From assembly GCA_012271015.1 (NCBI GenBank), contig JAAXHD010000123.1, positions 32,138 through 96,137 of the forward strand: a stretch of 64,000 nucleotides of DNA. Reading direction: 5' to 3'. This DNA is from Candidatus Poribacteria bacterium (GTDB taxonomy: Bacteria; Poribacteria; WGA-4E; WGA-3G). Positions within the stretch are counted from its first letter, which is position 1. Each line of letters starts with the position of its first letter. Positions 29,164 through 37,848 of this stretch are shown here, piece after piece. The notes below the pieces were generated by a model, which was not told where the DNA came from, searched no databases, and saw nothing but the letters and a program-made list of their open reading frames with translations. Position numbers and translations under genes: made by a program.

Positions 29164-30702
29164 GTGCCTTTTCTTCAAGTGAAGTCAGACCTGAATATAT
29201 CAAAAACTTTCAAAAAGCACTCGCCTATAGTCTTATTAGCCATTGTCTTACTTCTTTCGTTCGGACTGAAACTTAACAATCTCGGTCACCGAAGTTTTGG
29301 TAGTATTGATGAGTGTTGTCACGCCCTCGTCGCTAAAAACCTCCTCAAACATCCCCTTAAGCCGACACTTATTGATGTTCCGTATCTTCCTTACAGCGCA
29401 GCAACATGGAGTGAAAACCATATATGGCTCCACAAACCGATTCTTCCACTCTGGCAGATATGCGTTTCCTATTGGATCTTAGGTGTCAGCCCCCTCGCGC
29501 TCCGACTCCCCAGTGCCATCCTCAGCACCTTTGCTGCCGGACTCACCTATCTGATTGGCACCCAATTCTTAATGCGTCGTGCCGCGGTTATCGCTGCTGC
29601 TATTCAGGCATTCTCAGGGTTCATCATGCAGCTGACGCATGGTTACCAATTCAGTGATGCAATTGACATTTCACTGTTATTCTATTGTGAACTCGGTATT
29701 TATGGGCTTGTTCGTGTTATTAAGACTGGCAAGTGGCGTTTCGTTCTGCTAGCAGGAATATCCCAAGGGTTTGCCTTTCTTTCAAAAACCTATCCGGCAT
29801 TCATTATCACCGGAGTTGCTTTCGCAGTTTGGTTAGCCCCCAAATTTAGTTTCGGAAAAAAGGAGGCGTGTCACCTCCGTGGACAGCACATTTTAGGTAT
29901 GCTGATAACAACAATCCTTATCGCTGGCCCGTGGATGTTGTACACCGCCCTTCAGTATCCAATTGAGTTCAAAATTGAACATAATTACATTTTCAGGCAT
30001 TTAACAGAAAACGTTGAGGGGTGGCGTGCCCCCTGGTACAAAGTGTTTCTGTACAGTGCTCAGATATTGAACCTATTCACTATCCCTGTTGCTGTAGCAG
30101 TTTGTTGCTCAATTCCTCGTCTTTTTCAAGAGAAAAACATCAGTCTATATCTATTTTATGCTTGGGGATTCGGTGTTTTCATCCCTTTTTCGCTGGCGAC
30201 CACGAAAACGCCGAGTGCAACACTCATCAGTATGCCCGCGTTTCTATTGATACTCGGTGGCTTCATAGATCGAACTACACGCCATAAATCCAACGACTCC
30301 CCCTACAGACGCAGGACTCGTATTGCTTGGGCAACGCTGCTCGTGATCCTATGCCTTGGAGAGGGTATTCAGGCTTGGCGGGTCACCCAAACCCGCAATG
30401 AACATACGCTCTCTGAGATTTCGGCATTCGCGGAGGAACACCTTCCCAAAGATGCCGTCCTCCTTACCGAAATTAATCTAAGAAAAGGTGAAACCCACTA
30501 TGACTATCTTCGCCTGATGTTCTTCACAGGACATACTGCGCGTCCCTACTATTTAAAAAGTGCGTGGAAATCCCTCAGCCGACAAGTTAGAGAGCAAGGA
30601 GGCATTCCGTATGTTGTCACCTTTCGCGAACTCGACTTACCTTTACTCTTTAAAAGCGAAGCAGATAAGCGGACAATGTATTTGGCGGAACCCAGCGACT
30701 AA
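29164..30702 (+). CDS. GT-C glycosyltransferase family 39/83 (ArnT / dolichyl-phosphate-mannose protein mannosyltransferase-like)
   Basis: Polytopic membrane protein. DE-containing first loop plus HKPILPLW (matches the conserved hKPPL.yW motif of ArnT/PMT enzymes). Confidence 0.55.
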   Translation: MPFLQVKSDLNISKTFKKHSPIVLLAIVLLLSFGLKLNNLGHRSFGSIDECCHALVAKNLLKHPLKPTLIDVPYLPYSAATWSENHIWLHKPILPLWQICVSYWILGVSPLALRLPSAILSTFAAGLTYLIGTQFLMRRAAVIAAAIQAFSGFIMQLTHGYQFSDAIDISLLFYCELGIYGLVRVIKTGKWRFVLLAGISQGFAFLSKTYPAFIITGVAFAVWLAPKFSFGKKEACHLRGQHILGMLITTILIAGPWMLYTALQYPIEFKIEHNYIFRHLTENVEGWRAPWYKVFLYSAQILNLFTIPVAVAVCCSIPRLFQEKNISLYLFYAWGFGVFIPFSLATTKTPSATLISMPAFLLILGGFIDRTTRHKSNDSPYRRRTRIAWATLLVILCLGEGIQAWRVTQTRNEHTLSEISAFAEEHLPKDAVLLTEINLRKGETHYDYLRLMFFTGHTARPYYLKSAWKSLSRQVREQGGIPYVVTFRELDLPLLFKSEADKRTMYLAEPSD

Positions 30703-30839
30703 CATACTATTAGGGCATTTATAGCAGATTTTAGTAGAATTTGGACACTCTCAAAGAAGTTCTCCAAGGCTCACCTTAGCGTTCCTTCACGTCGCACAGA
30801 CTCACAGTCTATGCTACAATTCTCTCACATTCATCCGCA

Positions 30840-32192
30840 CTAATTTAGCAATGAATCCACGAGTGCCTCCATCGTTGGTACTGTTCCAACAGCCGGAAGT
30901 GAGGACTTCGCCGCCCATGTCTCGTATCCACCCTCCTCTATCAATGCCTTGTCCGTGCAGATGTAGCCGATATATCCATTCGCTAAGCTGACGAGAAACG
31001 TTGGATTCGCATCGGATTTCGACTTGATATTCATCCCCGTCTCAACGAAAACCTCTCCCGGCAATGCGACAATCGCGGCTTCACCGAGACGGACGACTTG
31101 AACCGGAGCGGTCATCTGCGCCGGTAACTTCGCCAACCGCTGGCATTCATGGGCGTAGACATCAACCAGTGCCTGCGGTATCGGCTCCCCGACGACCCAA
31201 CTGAACGGACCCGTTTCGTAAGCATCGTAAGTCCCTTGCGGCACAGACAACACCTGTTCAGCAACCTTAAGGTCTTCAGCAGTAATCTCTTTGCGTTGGA
31301 ACGTCAGGGTGGCAAGGTCTCCGCTGAGATCAAGCGTTTCGTGCATCTCCATGAGTTGCTTCTCAACGATAAAATGTCCCGCGAGAACGTTCGCCATTTT
31401 CACTGCCTGTTGATGTCCACTCGCCGTCCATTTTGTCCGTCCACTGAAGTCAGTATTGTTAATCTGCCCGGATGCGGCGTTCCAGAGGAGTGAGATACAC
31501 GTATCCCCCAGATAGTGTCGCATGAGCCGATCGAAATGTCCAAAATAGTCTGCCGAGAGCGCATTGCCATTGTCTGTCCCGATATAGTGGAGCGAAAAGT
31601 TAGCAACCGCCGAGATTGGCATCCCATCATCGGTAGCTTCAACGTACATCATCGCTAACTCCGGATCGATTGTACCGGTCGGTTTTACAAGATCTGGGTT
31701 TTCGATACCGGGATTAAAACGGACAGTACCATTTTTCATGTGCCACCGTCGATTGAAAGTGATGCGTTCTTCATCAACACTGGCGAATCCCACCCGTGCC
31801 GACTTGAGTCGCCACACTGCGAGTTCAACTGCATCGGCGATTTTCAGTGGCACCCATTCGGTATAACCTGGATCTTCATCGACACCGAGCAGATCGGCGA
31901 TTGCGACAGCGGTATGCGTATGCGTAGCGTTCACCATGACATGTGCTGCCGGAATATCGCATCTCTCAGCGATACGCGCTTTGGCAGCATCCGCTATTTT
32001 CTCGGGTATAGCGATGAGATCGCAGGTAACGATTGCAATACGCGTTGTTCCGTTATCAATGACGACTGCTTTGGCAAAAAGTTCATCGTCAACGTTCTCA
32101 GCGTATCTCGGTCGGAAACCGCCCGGTATTCTCGTGCCGAGCGGTGGCGTGATATTCGCGCTCGCGCTGCCTGCTTTAAGAGTTGTTTGCAT
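30840..32192 (-). CDS. Neutral/alkaline ceramidase-like hydrolase (N-terminal-domain family)
   Basis: The N-terminal segment ..SASANITPPLGTRIPGG..DDELFAKAVVIDNGTTRIAIVTCDL.. resembles the neutral ceramidase N-terminal domain pattern. Family-level call. Confidence 0.4.
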   Translation of the reverse strand: MQTTLKAGSASANITPPLGTRIPGGFRPRYAENVDDELFAKAVVIDNGTTRIAIVTCDLIAIPEKIADAAKARIAERCDIPAAHVMVNATHTHTAVAIADLLGVDEDPGYTEWVPLKIADAVELAVWRLKSARVGFASVDEERITFNRRWHMKNGTVRFNPGIENPDLVKPTGTIDPELAMMYVEATDDGMPISAVANFSLHYIGTDNGNALSADYFGHFDRLMRHYLGDTCISLLWNAASGQINNTDFSGRTKWTASGHQQAVKMANVLAGHFIVEKQLMEMHETLDLSGDLATLTFQRKEITAEDLKVAEQVLSVPQGTYDAYETGPFSWVVGEPIPQALVDVYAHECQRLAKLPAQMTAPVQVVRLGEAAIVALPGEVFVETGMNIKSKSDANPTFLVSLANGYIGYICTDKALIEEGGYETWAAKSSLPAVGTVPTMEALVDSLLN

Positions 32193-32204
32193 TGTTCAAT
32201 CTCC

Positions 32205-33671
32205 TTAATGTGAACCTCGTGAAACATTGAGGCTCACCTCACAGATAAGATCGCCTCGCAAACGGAATGGGATATGCACCCCTGTTTGCGTGAGATAAAG
32301 TGCCTCCGGTGTAATAGTATCTATGGTGCCGCGCAAAACAACGGACGAACCAATCCGATGTTCTGCGATAACATCCGCCAGCTTCTTGTGGAGTATAGTG
32401 AGCTGATCCTCCAACGGAAAGATGAGTTCCTCTTCGACCGCTGCTCGGAGGTCTGGAAAGAAACCTTCTCCGACGGCTTGCGCGATATCCAAGAGTAGGC
32501 TTCGCGTCGTTAGTGTGTAATCAAATTCAGTGACAGAAACCGCCATCGTCGTCGGATCATGTACAGGTGTCCCGAGTAGATAGAGTTGTCCCTCAGCACC
32601 CAACGAAGGCATGCTGAATTCAATCCCCGCGGCGAGTTGGGTCCCACTACCGTAGAGGGTCAAATTTTTAACAAATGTATCCATCCCTTTTAGTTTGTGC
32701 GTTTTTTCAACATGCGGCTTGGCGAAGTTTTCAACAGCGGCGTAGGTTATTTCAATCGGTGCCATAATCTGGTACCCAGATTCGAGAGCATCCACGAAGC
32801 CGATATTTGGCAAGCCGGTAACTGTACTATTGAAAGAATCGACCGCTATATTTCCCATATTTACTTGAATGTAAGTTTCTACACCGAAACTGAAGAAGAG
32901 TGTCTGCCCGTCACTCGACAGCTGCTGCGCGAGAATTTCCAGGGGTTCTATGATAAGAGCGATTGGCGGTTCCTTATTGAGAATTATCGGTTCGTAGAGT
33001 CTTGCCCATAAACCCGCGACGCGAGTCTTTAGGTCTATATTGGTGATGTATTTGACGATGAGGTTCTCTAATTTGGGGAGAACTGCTTCCCGCACCAATT
33101 CGGTAAGAATCCGACGGACTGAGATTGTAATCCCCAAAATTTCAATTTCCGCTCTCTGGACGGAAATATCAGAGGTTGTTTTGGCAGTAATCCGCCAATC
33201 CGAGTTAAGCGTTGGGGTAAGGGTTAGAGATGCAGTCGCTGCGCCTTCAATATCTTCACGTTTCTGAACGACTTGCCCGAAGATTTTTTTCGAGACGCGT
33301 GCCCACCCACTGAACTGGAAAGGAACGATTACCGACACGGTCCCGTCCATTCCGCCCATCATTGTGAGAGAAGTAGGGTCAAGCGTGATGGCGTACTCAA
33401 TCGCGCCATTTTTTCGTTGGATAGGTTTACTCAGATAATCTCTGAGTGCGGATTCTGCTAAACCTTTGACCTCGTGTATAGGCAGATTCGCCTTCACAGC
33501 GATAATTGAGCGGACTGGAGGCGGCAATGGAATAGGTGTAACTTCCCGAGGCGGTGCGGGTGCTTGGACGGCGAGATCAGAACCGCGCGGCATGAGGAGG
33601 AACAGCGTCATGCAGATGAACACAACGCCAACGGAAATCACACTGACAATTATTTTCGTCTGTCTCGTCAT
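32205..33671 (-). CDS. Hypothetical membrane-anchored protein
   Basis: A single N-terminal TM helix, then a roughly 450-aa soluble region with no motif I can identify. Confidence 0.3.
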   Translation of the reverse strand: MTRQTKIIVSVISVGVVFICMTLFLLMPRGSDLAVQAPAPPREVTPIPLPPPVRSIIAVKANLPIHEVKGLAESALRDYLSKPIQRKNGAIEYAITLDPTSLTMMGGMDGTVSVIVPFQFSGWARVSKKIFGQVVQKREDIEGAATASLTLTPTLNSDWRITAKTTSDISVQRAEIEILGITISVRRILTELVREAVLPKLENLIVKYITNIDLKTRVAGLWARLYEPIILNKEPPIALIIEPLEILAQQLSSDGQTLFFSFGVETYIQVNMGNIAVDSFNSTVTGLPNIGFVDALESGYQIMAPIEITYAAVENFAKPHVEKTHKLKGMDTFVKNLTLYGSGTQLAAGIEFSMPSLGAEGQLYLLGTPVHDPTTMAVSVTEFDYTLTTRSLLLDIAQAVGEGFFPDLRAAVEEELIFPLEDQLTILHKKLADVIAEHRIGSSVVLRGTIDTITPEALYLTQTGVHIPFRLRGDLICEVSLNVSRGSH

Positions 33672-34852
33672 GACTGCAGCCTTGGGATACCGCTTGAGAT
33701 TTTATGTTCTCGGTCAATACGAAATGGGTGAATGTCAAAACCGGTCTTACGGTTTCGGACGAGTTCGCTCATAATACGCCCGACGAGGGCACAAAACTTG
33801 AAGCCATGCCCTGAAAAACCTGCTGCAATCAGCAGATCTGGACAGCGCGGGTGAGCGTCAATGATAAAGTCTTCGTCTGGCGTTTCAGTATAGAGGCAGA
33901 CTTCGGCATGCGTGGCTTTTCCAAGTTCTGGGAGGCGTTCTTGCACGTAAGCATCTATATGGGCAATGTAATTTGCATCAGGTGTGCGTTCGGGTGTATC
34001 AGGGGAGATGATCTGTCCTCTCCCATGCCGTGCAATCTTTAACCCATGTTCACCAAAAGCCGGAACGGCATAGATGAATTCTCCATCAGGCGTTACTTCC
34101 GTAAAAACTGGAAACCGGTCGGGCTGGAAACGTTTGCCGTCTGTAGGCTGATAGTAGCACACCTGTTGTTTCGTGACCGTGAGTGGGAGATCCAACTCGG
34201 CGAGCAGGGTGCCAGCCCACGCCCCCGCTGTCACGATGACTTTCCTACCACGGAATTGGCTGTTTTCGGTCCGAACAGTTGGAACATCTGTTTGCCAATC
34301 AATGTTGGTTACCTTGGTCTCTTCCTTAATTTCCGCGCCGTGTTGCTCTGCCAACTGCAAGTGGGTGGAGACACACTCGGCGGCACGGAGAAAACCCGTG
34401 TCCTTCTGATAGAGGATCTCCATATTACCCGTCAATCGGAATTGCGGAAAACGTTTCGTTAACTGTGCCGCATCCCACCACTCGGATTCAACGCCTGCAG
34501 CATCTAAACTTTGCCGTGTCGCGCGTCCGTACGGGTTTCCCTTCGCGCCGATACCTACACTCCCTGTGATAAACAGCAACGATTTCCCCGATACTGATTC
34601 GAGGTCGCGCCATTCAGCATAGGCGGTTTTCATCAGTTCGGTGTAGAAGGGTTTATCGTAGAAGAAGCGGATGATACGGGTTTCGCCGTGCGAACTGCCG
34701 AACGGGTGTCCACGTTGGAACTGCTCTAAGACAAGTACGTCCGCGCCAGACTTGGCGAGGTGGTATGCGGTCGCACTCCCCATGCCGCCGGCACCGATGA
34801 TAATTGTATCGTAACTACGAGATCGCATTTTTTTCCTGGCTGTCGGTTGCAA
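33668..34852 (-). CDS. FAD-dependent oxidoreductase, sarcosine oxidase / N-methyltryptophan oxidase (MSOX/MTOX) family
   Basis: DTIIIGAGGMGSATAYHLAKSGADVLVLEQ dinucleotide-binding motif. Length and pattern fit monomeric sarcosine oxidase. Confidence 0.6.
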   Translation of the reverse strand: MQPTARKKMRSRSYDTIIIGAGGMGSATAYHLAKSGADVLVLEQFQRGHPFGSSHGETRIIRFFYDKPFYTELMKTAYAEWRDLESVSGKSLLFITGSVGIGAKGNPYGRATRQSLDAAGVESEWWDAAQLTKRFPQFRLTGNMEILYQKDTGFLRAAECVSTHLQLAEQHGAEIKEETKVTNIDWQTDVPTVRTENSQFRGRKVIVTAGAWAGTLLAELDLPLTVTKQQVCYYQPTDGKRFQPDRFPVFTEVTPDGEFIYAVPAFGEHGLKIARHGRGQIISPDTPERTPDANYIAHIDAYVQERLPELGKATHAEVCLYTETPDEDFIIDAHPRCPDLLIAAGFSGHGFKFCALVGRIMSELVRNRKTGFDIHPFRIDREHKISSGIPRLQS

Positions 34853-35030
34853 GAAGGTTTATGGTAAAATATATAATTACCTATACATCAGAAGATTGGC
34901 GAGGTTAGGAAACCTCACCAGCGAAGTGGTGGGTTTTCGCTTCTATTGAAATGTAAACCTATTTTCATAATTCACCATAGTTACACGAAAACTTCTTTAC
35001 CAAAAGCCGATGGCTGACTGCCGACTGCCA

Positions 35031-35849
35031 TTAAAAGGGATTCGGTACGGTAGTGAAATTCCGGTACCGGTCTTCGCCGCGCAGTAGAATCGGTTTCCAA
35101 GGACGCTTCAGCGAATTTTCCTCTGCCTGCTTTACCGATGGATCTATGTAGCGAATCGTCAGACCACATCTCCGACGTGTAGAATGATTCGGTAGGCTAC
35201 CGTGGATCATCTGTCCGTGGTGGATGGACATTTCACCGGCTTTCAGCACCAAATCTACGGCGGTTTCTGCTTCTGCTTCGGTGACGGGTACCTCTTGATT
35301 GATGCTCAGCAGGTTGCCTGCCTGGTCGGATGTCCCGTGTTCCTTGATGCCACGCTGATGGCTTCCCGGGATTACCTGCATACAGCCGTTCCCTGTATCG
35401 CTGTCGTCTATGGCATACCAAGCAGTAATCGCATCCGGTGGTTCAAGTCCCCAATACGTCACGTCTTGATGCCATGCCACGAACTTGTCGCGGGGACCGT
35501 ACTTGCAGAAGAAATGCGTAGCTAACAGCATCACATCGGGACCGATAAGTGCCTCGATGACATCTACAATTTTCGGATGCGTCGCGAGTTCCCAGATAAA
35601 TTGATAATCGAAATGCCAATCGACAAGACCAATTTCACATTTCTCTGCACCGACTTCCGCTTCCAATGCATCATAGGCTTGCCGATGGCGCGTTGCTTCA
35701 ACTTCACCGGAAACATGGATACCGGTCAAGAATCCGTCTTTTCGGTAATTTTCAGCAAGTTTTTTGGTTATACCTTGCGGTTCGGTAAAGGGGGTTTGTG
35801 CACTCACGGTTACCTCCGTATATCCGGAAGCTTGCATTGGCGGAACCAT
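35031..35849 (-). CDS. Phytanoyl-CoA dioxygenase (PhyH) family protein. The true start is probably just downstream of the in-frame conserved element at 35762-35790.
   Basis: PhyH-like core (..DGFLTGIHVSG.., HxD..H facial-triad context). The N-terminal 30 residues include the translated element TEPQGITKK. Confidence 0.6.
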   Translation of the reverse strand: MVPPMQASGYTEVTVSAQTPFTEPQGITKKLAENYRKDGFLTGIHVSGEVEATRHRQAYDALEAEVGAEKCEIGLVDWHFDYQFIWELATHPKIVDVIEALIGPDVMLLATHFFCKYGPRDKFVAWHQDVTYWGLEPPDAITAWYAIDDSDTGNGCMQVIPGSHQRGIKEHGTSDQAGNLLSINQEVPVTEAEAETAVDLVLKAGEMSIHHGQMIHGSLPNHSTRRRCGLTIRYIDPSVKQAEENSLKRPWKPILLRGEDRYRNFTTVPNPF

Positions 35850-36724
35850 TGTGAATCTTCCGGTGGCGATTCTTCTGGAGTTTTCATCGTCTCAAAGGTT
35901 TTCAAAGCGGGTGATACGGTTTCTGTCCATATCTGTTCGACTTCTTGAAAAGTTACAGGTTGGCGTTCGGTAATATTCTGTTGTTCGTAAGCCGTTAGCA
36001 ATTCCCGCATCTTGTTTCCGAGCCATGCGACTTCATCATCTACCATACGTTCACCGATACGTCGGTCTGATTCAAAGGCATTCGCCCCCATCGCAAAATG
36101 CGGTCCCTGTGTGTCCGCCGCAGGCATCCGCGACATGTCAACACAGTCTGGTTCCAACGCCCATAGCAATGAAGTCTCAACTCTACCGGCGTGGTCTCCA
36201 CCGTCACCCTGCTGACTGAACCCCGGTGTGTTTGCCTCAAAATCGGGAAGCCCATAGAGCCGCATCGCGAAGTGGGGTTGAATTAGAGATAGGAGGGTCT
36301 TAAGGTCCTGCCAATTCGGACCGTAGTGCCCTGTGAGGCAAATAGCGGCGTGGAATCCGAGGGCATCGGCGGCACGAACATGGTAGCAGACGTTTTTGAA
36401 GTGCTGCCATGCTGGCATAGCGGTGAGCCAACTGCGGACTTCTCCGACACTCCGATATGCCCAGTTCGCATACATACCGTGTTCGTGGATATGCCAATAG
36501 TCGGGAGGTGCAACGATACCACCGTGGGTTTGCGCTGCACGACAAGCGATCGCATGTGCTTTAAGCGCATCCAACCCTACAGTGTTCTGCGGACCATGTG
36601 GTTCGCAGAGTCCATAAGTGAAATAAACAGCGGGACAGTCGTTGAATGCGGCTTCCAATTGATCCGGGAACATCCGTTCCCAACGCACCTCTTTTTGCAT
36701 TCGTATTTCCTCTTGGATAATCAT
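35810..36724 (-). CDS. Creatininase-family amidohydrolase
   Basis: GLCEPHGPQNTVGLD resembles the creatininase E-x-HG-P..D metal-binding motif. Confidence 0.45.
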   Translation of the reverse strand: MIIQEEIRMQKEVRWERMFPDQLEAAFNDCPAVYFTYGLCEPHGPQNTVGLDALKAHAIACRAAQTHGGIVAPPDYWHIHEHGMYANWAYRSVGEVRSWLTAMPAWQHFKNVCYHVRAADALGFHAAICLTGHYGPNWQDLKTLLSLIQPHFAMRLYGLPDFEANTPGFSQQGDGGDHAGRVETSLLWALEPDCVDMSRMPAADTQGPHFAMGANAFESDRRIGERMVDDEVAWLGNKMRELLTAYEQQNITERQPVTFQEVEQIWTETVSPALKTFETMKTPEESPPEDSQWFRQCKLPDIRR

Positions 36725-36862
36725 CGGTTATCAGAAACGATCAGAAGAATGGTTTTGGCTATAAAAAGATTTTCTCGCTGACCCCTGATACCTGACTGCT
36801 GACGAACATCCTCTTCTGTAGGAGCGATCTCCTGATCGCGACTCTTAACTGACAACTGCCAA

Positions 36863-37768
36863 CTAATACCCCATATTTAGTGTTTGGCAGATTTTTTTGG
36901 CACCGGTAAGGCGGGGTTGCAATTCAAATGCCATTCTCAAAACGGTTCGTGCCTCTGGAAATCGATCAATTTCAACGTAGAACTCCGCAATCTTTTTGTA
37001 TATCCATGCGGTCTCGCGTTTCGAGAGTTTCAACTCACGAATTTTCGTCAACGGAATCGGGTGTGTTTGGTCGTATCCCTCAACACTGAAATGATAAAGG
37101 TAGATGAATTTGAGGCGGTCCTTGACTTCTCGGATAAAGTGTCTAAAGCAGGGACGCCTTGTTTCGGCAAACAATAGGGATTCATACATTAGCATTGCCT
37201 GCTCAATTTTTCGGTACCGATCCAAGACAGAAGACTGGTTGCCATTAGAAAACCCAAGTTTTTGGTATGCTTCGGCGATGAGGAATTCACAGTCCCGACT
37301 CTCTTCATAACTCAGGAAATCGTCGATGCGTAACTCCTTCCCAATCTCCTGAGAGTGGTGCTGCAACTGCTCATACATGGAAACGCCGGTTTCATAATTG
37401 TGGTGGAGCAACGCTTGCAACAGCAATTCCAACTTCGCATAGGTTTGATTGAGCCTACTCAGTCTGTCAAGATAGATTTCACGGGACTTCTGCTGCCGCT
37501 CAATCGTCTGTAACGTCCGATCATAGTCAGATTTCTGTTTTCTGTCTCGGAGTGTGTTATAAGCATTACAGACTTCGCGGAACATCTTTTCCGCGAAAGC
37601 AGTCCGCTCCGGATTTTTATCGGGATGGTAGCGTTTTGCGAGTTTCCGATAGGCACTCTTTATTTGGCGAGCGGTGGCATCCCGCTCGACCTCTAAGATC
37701 TGATAGTAATCTGGAATTTGCATTATGGATACGATATTTGAAATAGATACAGTATTATCATTCCACAT
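36863..37768 (-). CDS. J-domain (DnaJ-like) protein with a helical/TPR-like C-terminal region
   Basis: DYYQILEVERDATARQIKSAYRKLAKRYHPDKNP is a J domain with the HPD tripeptide. The start may be M16 (37723). Confidence 0.65.
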   Translation of the reverse strand: MWNDNTVSISNIVSIMQIPDYYQILEVERDATARQIKSAYRKLAKRYHPDKNPERTAFAEKMFREVCNAYNTLRDRKQKSDYDRTLQTIERQQKSREIYLDRLSRLNQTYAKLELLLQALLHHNYETGVSMYEQLQHHSQEIGKELRIDDFLSYEESRDCEFLIAEAYQKLGFSNGNQSSVLDRYRKIEQAMLMYESLLFAETRRPCFRHFIREVKDRLKFIYLYHFSVEGYDQTHPIPLTKIRELKLSKRETAWIYKKIAEFYVEIDRFPEARTVLRMAFELQPRLTGAKKICQTLNMGY

Positions 37769-37848
37769 ACTCCAGAATCTGTCAAGGTTTTTTAATGACT
37801 TGAGAAACGAAAACGGAAAGAAATTCGCAAGGGATAATAAACAATGTT

